The notes below the pieces were generated by a model that worked only from the letters and a program-made list of their open reading frames with translations, was not told the DNA's origin and did not search any database. Shown one piece after another: positions 39,890 through 53,090 of a DNA stretch of 64,000 bases (within the stretch, counting starts at the first letter, position 1; every line of letters starts with the position of its first letter). Position numbers and translations under genes: made by a program. Source of the DNA: Chlorokybus atmophyticus (lineage: Eukaryota; Plantae; Mesostigma and Chlorokybus algae); the NCBI GenBank assembly GCA_009103225.1, contig RHPI01002069.1, forward strand, positions 298,453-362,452. Direction: 5' to 3'.

Positions 39890-41071
39890 CAGGTCAGCAA
39901 CCGCACGTGTTGATGTAGTCATATAGCAACACGTGCAGGTTAAGGGGGCCATAGTAAAACCCCTTAACTCTTATGATGCATGCTAGTGTAATTTTGGTCT
40001 AGGGTACCTGCCGGGCCGGGTGGCGAAGCTAAGCGCGCAAGAGCGCCGACACAACCGTGCAAGCGATTTGTAGCGCATGCCATGCGTGCTTGCCCCAAGG
40101 GGCTTGATGTGCATCATTGCGTACATTGGACACTGGCGAGAGTTACGGAAGCATTGTGCATGATAAGTATGACGATGTTATGCTACGTGGTTTGGAGCAT
40201 TGTTCAACATAACATACATTTACAGGGCATATGTTGTAACACACGATGCTCACCATCAGACTGGTTTATAACTGGCACATGAAGGGAGGAGCACGAGCAT
40301 GCGTGCAAGACACTTTGCTGCTTTGTCGGTAAACGACTGGGTCACAAGATAGCTATCCAATAAACATAAGGCGGTAAGCCCATGGCTGCTGGTGGCGCAG
40401 AGGAAAGTTGATCCTGGGAGTACAAGAAGTAGCAATTTCGTTTCAGCTGAATGGTTGCTCAACAACTACTCGTAGTCTGCAATAACTGTCGGCCTTGCTG
40501 GCTAGCTACGATGTTGTTCTTGCATTGCATTCATTACTACGTGAGGCCCATGACATGATGACAGCAACTGATAGAGTTGGCACTTTAGTGTTGTGGTGAA
40601 TGTTCTCCCTGTGACAAGACCGTACTGTAAAGTGCTGAGCATGTGTAAATAGCAAGCAGCTTTTTACGCATGATGCAGTGTTGTAACAAAGAGCAGCTCT
40701 ACTCGTTGCATAGGGCAGTTCTACTGTGGATGATACACAATCACACTTCGTACCATGCGGCTCCCACAGCTGCACACATTCCTAGTACTCTCGCCTCGGA
40801 ACGAGATCCAAAACATAAAACTTCAGGTCAGCAACCGCACGTGTTGATGTAGTCATACAGCAACACGTGCAGGTTAAGGGGGCCAAAGTAAAACCCCTTA
40901 ACTCTTATGATGCATGCTAGTATAATTTTGGTCTAGGGTACCTGCCGGGTGGCGAAGCTAGGCGCGCACGAGCGCCGACACAACCGTGCAAGCGGTTCAG
41001 AGCGCATGCCATGCGTGCTTGCGCCAAGGGGCTTGATGTGCATCATTGCGTACATTTGGACACTGGCGAGA
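39890..41071. repeat. ~250-bp direct repeat pair (39890-40141 and 40824-41071), each with two hairpins
   Basis: Near-identical copies about 934 bp apart. Hairpins gcacgtgttg/caacacgtgc and gttaagggg/ccccttaac are followed by GCTAG. Confidence 0.85.
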
Positions 41072-42922
41072 TAAAACTCCTCTTCAATTATCTGCGTAAG
41101 ATCTTTTCATGGCGCCTGCGCAACTATGCACTTTGCTGGTCTTGCTGGTCTGCCATTTCACTAGCCGGCGGATTGGAAAGTGCCTCAAAGCAATGCACAG
41201 TGCTACGTGGATTCGCTTCAAGAACTTCCACTTACCAACCTCATTGGCGAAAAGCCAACAATGCTTGTGCCTGACACTGTTGCAACATGATGGCGCGCGG
41301 TGAATACTTACACTACCAATGATTTGCAATTCCAACCCAATCAACATATGCCCTTACACACAAAGACTGGCATATACATGTGCACCTATGCACGTGCCCA
41401 CTTGCTAGTTTGCAGTAAGCATGTAGACGCATATACATGCGCACACATACATACATGCACACGCACGCATGTACATATTATATATACATATGATATGTAC
41501 TTAGCATACAGGATATGATGAGATTATACATGCTAAGTTAGTGTACAATGCTATGCTGATGTACTACGTTTAATATATGGTACTCAAAACCAACATGTAA
41601 TGACGGTTAATTGTTAGTGGTAAAAGCATAGCAACAATAATAAAATGATGGCGTGGTGCTGGGGCTTAATAGCAGCACAATCAACAAAGAAGCCACAGAG
41701 CAAAACAAGCGCCCCACTTAAAAACAGCAGCGCCACTGTTAAAACCTTGCCAAAGTGGGCAAGATCCAACTGTGGCCTTTGGGGTCTGCAGATGTGAATT
41801 ATGGAAGGCGTGAGCGTGTGCTTAATATCTCGCGGTCTTTGCACTCATGTGCAATCAATCGGTGAACTAGTTAAGCACGTTAGTGATGAAGTCGCAAGCA
41901 GCAGCAAGCACGCTAGCAGCATAGTCAGCTAGCAAGACAGCTAGTAGTACAATTAAACCAAATGTTGCAAGCAGCAGTTAGTATAGGGCCAGTGAGTTGC
42001 AGAGCATTGTTAGTGTCTACGTCAGTGGTGTTAAGCAAACACATTCTAAATGCGAGGGCTTTGTCACGCTCCTCTTACTTCGTGCATGCACGCATAACAG
42101 CATAATACATGAACTATGCAATGCAGTCGTACCACAATTTCAACCTCTCATTAGCAGTGAACATGTGTGTATTCAATCGTCTTGAGCTCAAATGATGCTT
42201 CGTATCTCACTCAACACGCATGCGTGTAGTGAGTGATGACATAAATAGCTATATAATTATAATGAAATTTGATGTGCAAGTGCACGATTGCTTGAATCGA
42301 ACACACTACAGCCAAACCAATCCATGTTTGCAACAATTGTGCAAACATGGATTGGTGATAACTGTGGGTGGGGAGATGCACGTACAATGAGCTTGTTTTC
42401 AGCAGGTGTATGTATGACCTCCAAGTCGGCGCGCGCTCATGCGGAAGTATATGTTACATTGTGAGATGCGTGTGCTATTGTGAATGCATATGAGGTGATA
42501 TTCTATATATTGTATTATGATGATACACTCTGTAATGATGGATCACTGTAGAAAAATTGTAACCGCTTTCACACAGGTAGAGACGCGTGCATTACTACAT
42601 GGAGATTATTGTCAATTATTTGAAGTTCAACCCAAGTAACTTCAATGCAATATTACAGACCTTGTTACAAATATCAATGCCATCCATTAACCTTTAGGGT
42701 CACTTGGTTGTTGGTTGAAATGAAAAGCGAGTAAAAAAGTTGGTGTGGGTTGCAAGGTGCTTGTCTCTGTAGCAGTTACGAGTGGCGGTGAGAAGCAAAT
42801 TCATAACTTATAAGTCGTGTTGCTCCATAAGCCATGTTGTTGACGTCTATTCAGGGCTACCTTCACGCAGAATTGGCAGTGCCAACACAAAGACCGTCGC
42901 TATCAAGTGCCATCATGTCATA

Positions 42923-43036
42923 TGTGTAGTTATGCAAGTTGTTGTTACCAAGGCATTTTCCGCCGTTTCACATGGCTTCTGTGTAGTTATGCAAGTTGTT
43001 GTTACCAAGGCATTGTCCGCCGTTTCACATGGCTTC
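42923..43036. repeat. 57-bp tandem duplication (2 copies, 1 mismatch)
   Basis: tgtgtagttatgcaagttgttgttaccaaggcatt(t/g)tccgccgtttcacatggcttc occurs twice. Confidence 0.9.
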
Positions 43037-43903
43037 TAAATTGACGACCGGTTTTACAAGCATGAAACCGTGATGACTCATGACACCGATGGGCAGGAAA
43101 GTGCCGCGGAGGTACAGAGTGTGGCAGACGATTGCCAGCCGTCGGATTCGACCATTGGGTGCGCTGCGAGGGCCGTACGATTGGCAAGTGCTACTTGGGA
43201 ACATGCAGAGTGCTGCTGTCGCTCGGTCCCTGTGCTCATGTTTCTGTCTCGGCGACGGGGGTGTCGTTCACGTTGTTGAGGTGAGCTTTACCGGCGGCGG
43301 GAGGAGAAGGAGGAGGAGGAGGTGAAGGCCCTCACGTAGCTGACGCGCCAGTCAGCGTCAAGCTGGCGCATGCGCCAAACAACGAGGCGGAGGCAAAAGT
43401 GAGGCTTTAAATGATAATGTCTGCTTGAGGCCTTCGACCTGAGCGAGCCCCTGACAGGTACGGCTCGCGATGTGCACACGGTGTGTGCAGACATCTTGTT
43501 GCGACAGCTTACAGCATACAATATGGTCTGCCAGCTGTAGACGGCGCAGATTTGCCAGTGCCACCAAGTTTGCGTAACACACTGTGTTATACTCGTGTCA
43601 GCTGACACAACTTCAAGCACACGCTAATGTCAATCTGCTTGCGGTTCCTAGTGCGCTTCTGCATGGGGGCACTATGCGGAGGCTGTAACTCATATACTAT
43701 GCATTGATCTGTCTTATGTTCAAATGAGTGACCATTTTTGCTCCGCACTTATGGCAATTACCATGAGCCAGGGTTTTGCCTGTGCGTTGCACGCAACTGC
43801 ATGCAAATTCCCTTAAGCGGGTCTCAGTTGATGTGGGTGGGCGGCACAACAGCTGACACCCACCCACGCACCCACCCATGCACGCATGCGCGCGCTAAGC
43901 GTC

Positions 43904-44006
43904 AGCGCGCATGCTATGGTTAGCAGCTGTGTATGGCGCAGATCTGCTAACCATAGCATGCGCGCTACATGTTAGCGCGCATGCTATGCTTAGCAGCTGT
44001 GTATGC
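43904..44006. repeat. Direct-inverted-direct 23-bp repeat array
   Basis: agcgcgcatgctatggttagcag (43904-43926), its exact reverse complement (43944-43966), and a third direct copy from 43974. Confidence 0.88.
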
Positions 44007-44124
44007 TATGCCGACCTGCATGTCTTCTTGGAACCATAATGCTTGCAATGCCATTGCAAACATTGTGCTGATTGGCTGCTTCTGCTCCTGCTTCTCTTAT
44101 GAGTCTATCGTATGCAAACTGCTC

Positions 44125-45047
44125 ACTGCTTTGCACTTACCATGAACTCTTCTCCTATGTGTTTCCATCTCAAGCAATGCAACTTGCAGTTTCCTCCCTC
44201 GGAGTCAGTCAGCAGCACTTCCTTGTTGTGTACAGTTAGCATGGGCGCACCCTTGACTAGCATGAAAGCACTCTTGCAGCACCCGCTGCAAAGATTGCCG
44301 GCACAACCAGCAGCGGTAGCCATCGAATGTCAAGGGTCAAGTCGTCCGCGTTACCCTCGGGCTCGCAGCTGCGGTCTTGTGTTGCGCGCCATCCGCTGAA
44401 CATGGCCCACGTGGCGTAGCAGTCAAGCATCAAGCAGTTGATGCCGAGCAATGTGCAGTGATAGCAACGCTGCTAGGGGCAACGACGCAGGCAGCGTTAA
44501 TTGGCATGCGTTAGGGCAGGGAGCTGAAGCCGCGGTTAAGGCCAAGCCACATGCCTATCTGCCGAAGGTCCTGAAGGTCGGAACATATGAGGAGCTGAGA
44601 AGCCACGTTAACGCGGCTGTTGGCTGGAACAACGAGGGCAAGGTGGTCTTAACAAGAGCGGAGGCCGATGAGATTATGTCGATCGATGTTGTCATCAGAA
44701 TCTGTGTCAACCCTGCAATAAAACAGATATGATTTTTGGAGGGCTGTCCAATACAATATGGTTGTACCGAAGTGTGGCTTATTTGCGAGATCTCTCAGAC
44801 TTTGGCGCTGGATAATGTCCAGCGAGCCACACGGCGCCAAGACCTGCTCTCAAGAGTCGCACCATACAACGATGCGCTTATGGCAGTGGCGATTGGAGAG
44901 CAAACAGAATATTTGCCCCAAGTCGACCTCGAGTCAGTTGAGAGTGAGGTAGTCATTGTAACGAACTCCCATTGCCGAAGCGCCAGCTGGCCGGAGGCCG
45001 AGGCTGAGGTTACGGAGTACTGCACCATGTGCTGCGCTAACAGTTGA
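44125..45047 (+). pseudogene. Unknown-family protein, copy A (in-frame TGA at 44730)
   Basis: ORFs 44451-44732 and 44736-45047 are in the same frame. Homologous to copies at ~51 kb and ~60 kb (AYLP, KQI.F, [EQ][IM]SQTL, PY..A..AV.IGE, VV..T..H.R...WPE). Confidence 0.7.
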
Positions 45048-45415
45048 CTCAACCCCTGCTGAGGCTGAGGTTTAGATGGTTTGCAAGGCAGTTGGCTTGT
45101 GTCGAGGACAAGTACTCGTGCGATACTACTTGGTTCAACTTTTATGTGTGACAGTCAGTGACAGGTCGAATGTCAAATAGTTGGTAGCAAATGGCGGGCT
45201 GGCATCTGCTACTTATTTATTGATGGTTGTCTTGTTCAATCTCACTCTCACTCTTTTTCTCTCTCACGCTCCCAGCATGTACATACTATGCGACAAGCAG
45301 CCTTGGGCAGGAAGCAACAAGGAGCGCATCCATGTGTTTGTGCAGAGCTCTAGATCTGTGATGGATATGCTGCCCTGTTAGACGCTGAGGAGGGTGAGGT
45401 GGATGGGTGGGTGAN

Positions 45416-45781
<366 letters not shown>

Positions 45782-48700
45782 TGTTTGCATGTACACGTGC
45801 GTGCGGAAGCAAGGTGTCTGCACATAGGACAGCTCAAGCGCACGCACGCACGCACGCACGTGTGTGGTAACGCGCACACATGCGCATGCGTATGTGGGCG
45901 CGTGCATGTATGCATTGCTAGGTGTGCGGGTACGTGGGCGGGTACATGTATGCGTGTGTTGAGTGTTGTTCTCTACTCCGCACTCCTGCAACTTGTCTGC
46001 AAGTCCTACTGGTGGATGCTTTCAAAGCAGCAACAACTCCTCCACGGATACAGAAGACAAATGCACCATCATCAACACTATCTCATCTGATAGCGTGCGT
46101 ACAGCCAGAGCTGTTGCATGTTGGGTGTTGGTATTCTTTGCATGCATTGGTTGCGCACGCGCACTCGCAAATGTCCATGTATGCTGGTACATGCACGCGC
46201 GTCCACCTGTGCAGGCGTGCGCACGCCTGTCTGTGCGTGTGAGTGCGCATACGTGCTGTTGTTTGTAGGATGCGGATGTGTGCAGGCAGATGATCACGGA
46301 CATGCATGCGTCCAAAGTTTCAAAGAGGGCAACATTGTGCTGGCATGGGGGACAGCGTGGCTGCTGCAGAAGGCCATGCTTTCTTCTTACTTGACAGACT
46401 CCCACGCGAGAACAGAGAGGCCGTTGAGGCCTTCTGCAGCGCAAGGCATGTGAGCGTGCGTGCGTGCGTGCGCGCGCGTGACATTCAGGGTGCGTGCATG
46501 CGTACATGTGCCACCAGTGTGTGAGTGGGCGTGTATAGGTGCGTGTTCATGCATGAGTCATGTATGGGCATGTGATGATTGGAATAGACATTTTTGATGG
46601 TGTACTGCATCCACAGATGGGTTGAGCCTGCGGTTTTGTTCCATTCCTGGGTTGCGCCGAGGACGTGTTGGCGAAGCATCTGAGTGTTAAAGGGGAAACC
46701 TTTGATAAAGAGTTCAAGATCAGAGTGAGACACCGGTTTAACATACACATAACCACGCGACAACGCTTGATGACGTTATCCCTTTTAACCTCTTGACCAA
46801 GTCGTTGTTGAGTGCAGCATGCCCGTTGGAGACCACTTTGCCACGCAAGACAAACTCCAACGGGTGGGTGTCATGTTGGGAGTGAACTGACTCATGACGA
46901 CGCCGTTGTTCTTGAGCCATCAATGGTTGGACGACTTCAGCAACCTGAGAAAATATGACTGTGGTTATGTGGTCATACGATTGGTTCTGCCCGAGAGAGT
47001 GAATTACTTTCAGTGGCATTCGCGACAGTGGTGTGTGCGTGTGCGTGTGGACGAGTTTGTTTATTTGGGTGGGTGGGGGGGAGGTTTATCGGTCAAGTGT
47101 GCAGAGAGCCATTGGTTCACAAGACGGGACAAGTACAGCTGTGCGACAACCATCTGTCCGCCTTCGAATCTGAGAGTCAAAGTCAGCACACAATCACAGC
47201 AGACAGCTAACATACACACCTCAACGTTGAGGTGTACTGGTTCTCTCGACTGTTGGGTTAACAGTCAGGAGGATTCAGGCTAACAGCAAGGGCAGCAAGC
47301 GCGTTGGGGATGTGGTCACATTGCACCATGCTGGCATTGTCGTGTGCAACACTTTGAACACTCAAACACACGACGTGATGCACCAACTAATGCATCTGCG
47401 ACGCGTGTCTTGTTGTACACACTTCTGATGCCAGCAAGTGGTTCACTTGAATGTGTGTGTGTGTGTGTGTACCATTTACAATAAATCGAACACGGTGTGC
47501 ATGATATAATGTGTTGTTGTGTGTGCATGGCACTTGATGGAGGGCCTCCGCATCCCACACAAAAGCTATCTACTTCAACAACTCTTTGGGAAGTACTTGC
47601 CCCAATGGTCTGATACCCGGCAGGGGCCCTTCCTCCGTGTCGTTCTTCTCCGTGACGCGTGACGAGCCGCGCACACAGTTGTGGGAAGAAGAAGAAGGAG
47701 AGAGAGAGATGCCATTCCATGAGCACGCGCCGCCTGTAGTGTATCAGCTTTCTAGTGCGTGCTGTCGCTACGCCACATTTTGCAGGGGGGATTGTGAAAG
47801 CTCAGTACTACTACTGAGCACACAAGCGGATGACTCGTGTACTACACTACACTCATCGGAGTGTAGTACACTCATCGGCTTGAAAGCGTGAATGCGCGCG
47901 CGAGTGCACTCTGCCACAACGATTGGAGGGCTGTACCATCGGCATCCCCATGCTCCTCTCTGATCAGCTTGCAGCTCCCATCACCATCGACGCGACGCTG
48001 TTTGGACAATGTTCCCTTGCGTGAGTGACTTCAACAACGACGACGCTGCAGTCAGCTGGCAGGCCTGACCTCTGCATCCTATCTCGCTCCCAGTGGTTTT
48101 TCCTTCCAAGTGGAGTGCACACAGCCAATGTGATTGTGCGTCATTGCTGGCCCCAGCCTGGGTTGAGCATTGTATACCACTACGCAGACTTGGGGGGCTG
48201 GTTTCAGACAGTCTCTAACTGAGTTGTGCACAGCACATAAACGGTCAGACAGTATGGTGATGACAAACGTTTATAAGTGTCAGTCTTAGTGTTACACGAC
48301 ATTCACGTAATCAATAGCATGGTCTTTGCTGGCTCCTTTACCGTATCAGTAGTGATGCTGACTTTCAGTCAGTATCATCTTCAAACGTTAAGTGTTGAGT
48401 ACTGCCAGCATGCCATCGTGATCAAAAGTGCTCTTTGATTAGCCCTTGAGAGCGCTGCACTACAGGAATGTGTATCACGCTACGCTCACTGTGCTACGCT
48501 ATCGCGCCTGCCACACACTCAGCGCGGGCTATGTGCTCACACAGGCTCCGTGCCCTTCATCAACTCGGGCGCGTGTGGCCCTCACACACTTCGTGATGCT
48601 GCACAAAGACTGTTGGTGGTTGATGTCCCAAGCTGTAGCATACGAATCCAATCAATCTGCCACACCTTCTTGCTAGGTCTGCAGCAGTAGCGAACTGAAA

Positions 48701-50763
48701 CTGCAATCATCCTTCACGCGCCTTGGGCCCTGGACTCTATGCATGCATGCATGCACTTCAGGCCAGGGCACTACCTTCATTGGATCTACAGGTGAGGTGA
48801 CCAAGTGTAGCTGAGACTTGTCGCCGCGCGGCGGCGGCGAGAGGCATAGAGAAGGTGAGGTCAGAGCGAAAGGGTAGGAGAGCAAAAGGAGAGAACAGCC
48901 CAACCAGACTGGCGAGGGGAAGCATTGAAACAGCTCCGGAAGTAAGTCATGCATGGCATGCGATTGCCCATCGGCAGCAGCTTGTTAATTATGCTTGCCC
49001 GTGCGCAGGTTTCTGGCGCTTGCTGTTTGCCTGCGGGCTTGCATTGGACTTGCACGGGCCGTCTTAGCCAGCGATTGCTTGTTGTTCAAGTTGCTGAACA
49101 GGTGAAGCTTCACCTGTGCAGCAACAAAGTTAGGAGCTAGACGAGGACGGCGTTTGAGTGGTTGTGTGGGCGCTGTGGTTGCTGGTGCGCATGCAAAGCA
49201 ACATGACGATGAGTAGTAGTCCATTGTTGTGAACAACTGCAGAAGCAATACGCTACTTGACTCAAGTACAATTGGAAGTCATGCTTGCAATCGATCATTA
49301 TTCCTTACTTGCTTGTTTTTTTTTTTTTGGGGGGGGGGNNNNNNNNNNNNNNNNNNNNNNNNNNNNNNNNNNNNNNNNNNNNNNNNNNNNNNNNNNNNNN
49401 NNNNNNNNNNNNNNNNNNNNNNNNNNNNNNNNNNNNNNNNNNNNNNNNNNNNNNNNNNNNNNNNNNNNNNNNNNNNNNNNNNNNNNNNNNNNNNNNNNNN
49501 NNNNNNNNNNNNNNNNNNNNNNNNNNNNNNNTTTTTTTTTTTTTGGGGGGGGGGGGCGCGGATGCACGGTGTGTATAGGCTGTTCTGATGTGACTGATGC
49601 AACAGAGCACTCAAGACAACAACACACGCACTCAGCAAGCCCCCAGATAAGCCGGCAAAAAATAAAGCCACAAGCAAGGGGCCTACACTACTTGTGGGCT
49701 CTGTCTAAGTGCATGCAAGGCGGGGGCGAGGCAGGCAAACAGGCAGGCATCGGCGAAAGCAAGCAACTGACCTGTGCCAGCATGCCGTGTATAAAGATCT
49801 GAAGGGTACATCATGGCATGCACATGACTTGCAACACAACGTAGTGCAGGCAAAATGCATGTCGCACACATAGGCATCCTCACAAGCACTCACAAACCAC
49901 CGGGCTCACTACTTACATAGCTAGGTGATTCATCAAGCTAGCTACTACTACGGCCCCACTCGTGCACGATGCGTGCATGCATATATGTCGCAACAGTCCA
50001 TTACCTGTATCAAGCAGTCACGTGTGTCTGTTGTGCTGAGTTCGGAGAAGCAGCACATGTTACATTTCCACAACCATTCACTCACTGGGACTCTGGCAAA
50101 TGCCGCACTTGACAGCCAAGTCGTCACGATCATCTCCGCAACTTGACTACATCCGCAACTGCTGCTGTGGGCAAAGCCGCTGCGCATGGACGCCAAGTTG
50201 TATCGACAGCTGCAGATGAAGAGGAGTACAGCGAGGTGTATGACGTGGACAAGCAAGTTCCACAAGTACTCCCTGCGTGACGATGGCAATGCATTGAAGA
50301 AGACACGATCCAAACATGCTCGAACTGCCACACCACCCAATGTTTGACCCACTCGGGCTGTGCCATCAACAGGAACACTGATTCAGCACTGATGGGTAGT
50401 GTAGTTGATGAGTCACCGCACTCCATAAATCTGCTTGTCCGCAAAGAACGCATAGCAATAATTCAACAACCGCTAATTGCATAGTATGACAATATTGACA
50501 AAGAGAGTCTCTATCTACCATAACGGCATAAAAGCCACAACAAAAGGGGGCTGGAAGGAGCTGAAGTATTAGTAAGCAAGGGCGCCATCCAAGGTACTCC
50601 ACACTCCTCCACTGCATCAGATCCTGCAGTGTGGTGGAGTAGCCTCGGCCTCGGCCTCAGCCCTGGCCTCAGGCCAACGGTTGCTGATGCAGGAGTGGGA
50701 GCAGTGGAGGGGGCTGGAAGGGAGCTGAAGTAGTTGTAAGGGCAAGGGCGCCATCTTGCAAAC

Positions 50764-51990
50764 CTATGAACACTCCTTCACTTCCACCAGATCCTCTACT
50801 GCGCTTGGTGAAGCACCCTCGGCCTCCCCCTCGGGCCAGATGTCGGTCCGCAAGTGTGCACTGGTGACAATAACAACATGGCTTCCCTCTGCTTCGTGCT
50901 GAACTTCTTGCGGATACTCTTCACATTCGCCGATGACAACCGCCATCACCGCACAACCGTACGGTTTGACCTTTGCAAGCACATCTCGGCATCGAGCGGC
51001 ACGCCTGACGACTTCTACCGTGAGTGTCTGGGAGATTTGACACACAAGCTAAGTGGTCCTGGATGCTCTTGAAAAAACCGGATCTGCTTGACCTGTGAAA
51101 TTAAGCAGACTTTGAATAATGCGTCCACGGTTAGAGCGTCTTGAGCCTGTGCTGAAGTTATCTTCTCTTCGTTTAGATTCTCACCAACGTTGTCTTGAAC
51201 TCGCATCATCAACTCGGACAATGACTCGAGCTTCAAGATAGCGGAGAATTCTTGAGGCAGATAAGCCTCCGGTGTTGCTGTCACTGCCGTTATGAATGCC
51301 TTGCCCTCCATGTAGTCTTTGAGCTCAGAAAATGCCTTCTCCATATCGTTTCGTTAATCCTCCATACCACCGACATGCTTGCAAAGAGGTTTGAATTCTG
51401 TGCAATTCCACTCAGCAAACCATTGAGGCGCACCTGTTGCCAAGACAGCAAAGATTGACAATGCGGCCTTCAACAAATCAAGAAGGTAGTGTGACATTCA
51501 GCCCATACATACATGCAAGTACCAAGTTGTAGACTTGCACGCACTATACTCATCTCACAATGACTATCATGCGCCAATCGTTCTATACCATGTGCCATCA
51601 TACGTGCACAAAGCGCTCACCTGATGCATCCCATGTGACAACGTCTGCAGTACCAGCATCAGGACGGCTGTCGCTTGTTGATGCTCGACAACTTGTCCTT
51701 TGTGTTGGCCGGACAGCGCGTGAGGCAATGGGGCAGCGCCAGCAGTCAGACTGGTGCCGGCAAGTCGAACCCTGACGGGAATGGGGGTTGCCCGTGCTGG
51801 TTGTGACGGCAACAACCAAGCGTGCTTGCATGCTGAGCGCGAACATTATTCTGGGTTGCAAGCTGGAAGTGCTCCCCAACTGACGATCGCCAAAGCAATC
51901 CTGCAAGCAGTAGTTGCGTGAAGCGCACTTAAGGAGAAGAGTTTGGCTCATGTCGTAAGAAAACAAGTGCAGAACAGACCGTTGAACATG
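50764..51990 (-). pseudogene. Unknown-family protein, copy B (frameshift and stops)
   Basis: QWFAEWN...MEGKAFITAVTATPEAYLPQEFSAILKLE...KQIRF / CQISQTL...VKPYGCAVMAVVIGE...HVVIVTSAHLRTDIWPE. Patchy DNA similarity to 44125-44330 extends upstream. Confidence 0.7.
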
Positions 51991-52624
51991 CAACGTGGAA
52001 TACAAACTCTGTATTGTGCCAACCCATACAGGAGCAACTTACCCAATTTCAGTGCACCTAGAGCAGCCCAACAACCAGCACAATTCAAGCGAAATGACAT
52101 AAGCATACGTTAAGGTGGTATCGGCTTGCGACAGACACGCAGAGCTGTGCCATACATAGCTGCTGGGCGCATACATTGTGCATGCTATGCATGCATGCAT
52201 GTGCGTCAACGCAACAAGCGAGACACATGCGCTGTGTGACACATCCCAAGCGGTACCTGCCAGAGGCTCCCTCAAAATGTCTAGCCTACGCCTCGTCTTT
52301 CAGCTAGTGCGCTGACTGGAAACGGACCAGCACGTGAGCTGTGTTCAAGCCTCCACCTCCTGCTCCTCCTCAGCCCGCCGCTGGCAAATCCCTCATAATC
52401 AGCACGAACGACAACCCCTTTGTTGCCGCCGGAATTGATAAATGAAGCCCTCCTGTTACGTTGCGATGAACAATTGTAGTGCACCGCTGCCATGTGATTA
52501 TCATTACACGCGTGCCAACTAGCAGGCCAGGTTCGCAGGTTTCAATGCAATTGTAATTCACTAGTAAGGTAGGTTAACTGTCTCACATTACGCACTATGC
52601 ACATAAAGCGTGAAGTATGCACGC

Positions 52625-53090
52625 AAAGCTCGACCACTCATTAATATTCCATTAGGTACACTTGTTCATAACATAGAATTATATCCAGGAAGCGGGGGTC
52701 AAGCTGTTAGAGCAGCAGGTACTTCTGCACAACTTATAAAAAAGCATAACAAATATGCAATTCTTCGATTACCTTCTGGAATACTAAAACGTTTTCTTTT
52801 ACAATGTATGGCAACAATTGGTATCGAATCTAATCTTAACCATTTTAATACAGTTAAAAAAAAAGCAGGCGCCTCTCGCTGGTTAGGACGACGACCTACA
52901 GTAAGAGGTGTCGCTATGAACCCTATACACCATCCACACGGTGGTGGTGAAGGACGTACTTCAGGGGGTAGACCCTCGGTATCTCCTTGGGGTTAACCTA
53001 CCAAAGGGTTTAAGACCCGTTCCGTACGCAAAAAAAAGATTGTATCTTAAAAAGATTTTTAGGGTATAAATTAAAAAAAGACTTTTATCA
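52625..53090 (+). pseudogene. rpl2: NUMT: 3' part of mitochondrial rpl2
   Basis: AT-rich, intronless [20 protein letters not shown]...[52 protein letters not shown]. The GRPSVSPWG(K)PTKG ending is mitochondrial-type. TAA at 52994 replaces the expected Lys. Boundaries are approximate. Confidence 0.85.

Noticed and set aside
49311-49557. N-gap flanked on both sides by T-run/G-run
   Set aside because: The same t(n)g(n) motif on each side suggests an unresolved overlap. This is a scaffold gap, as is 33374-33400.
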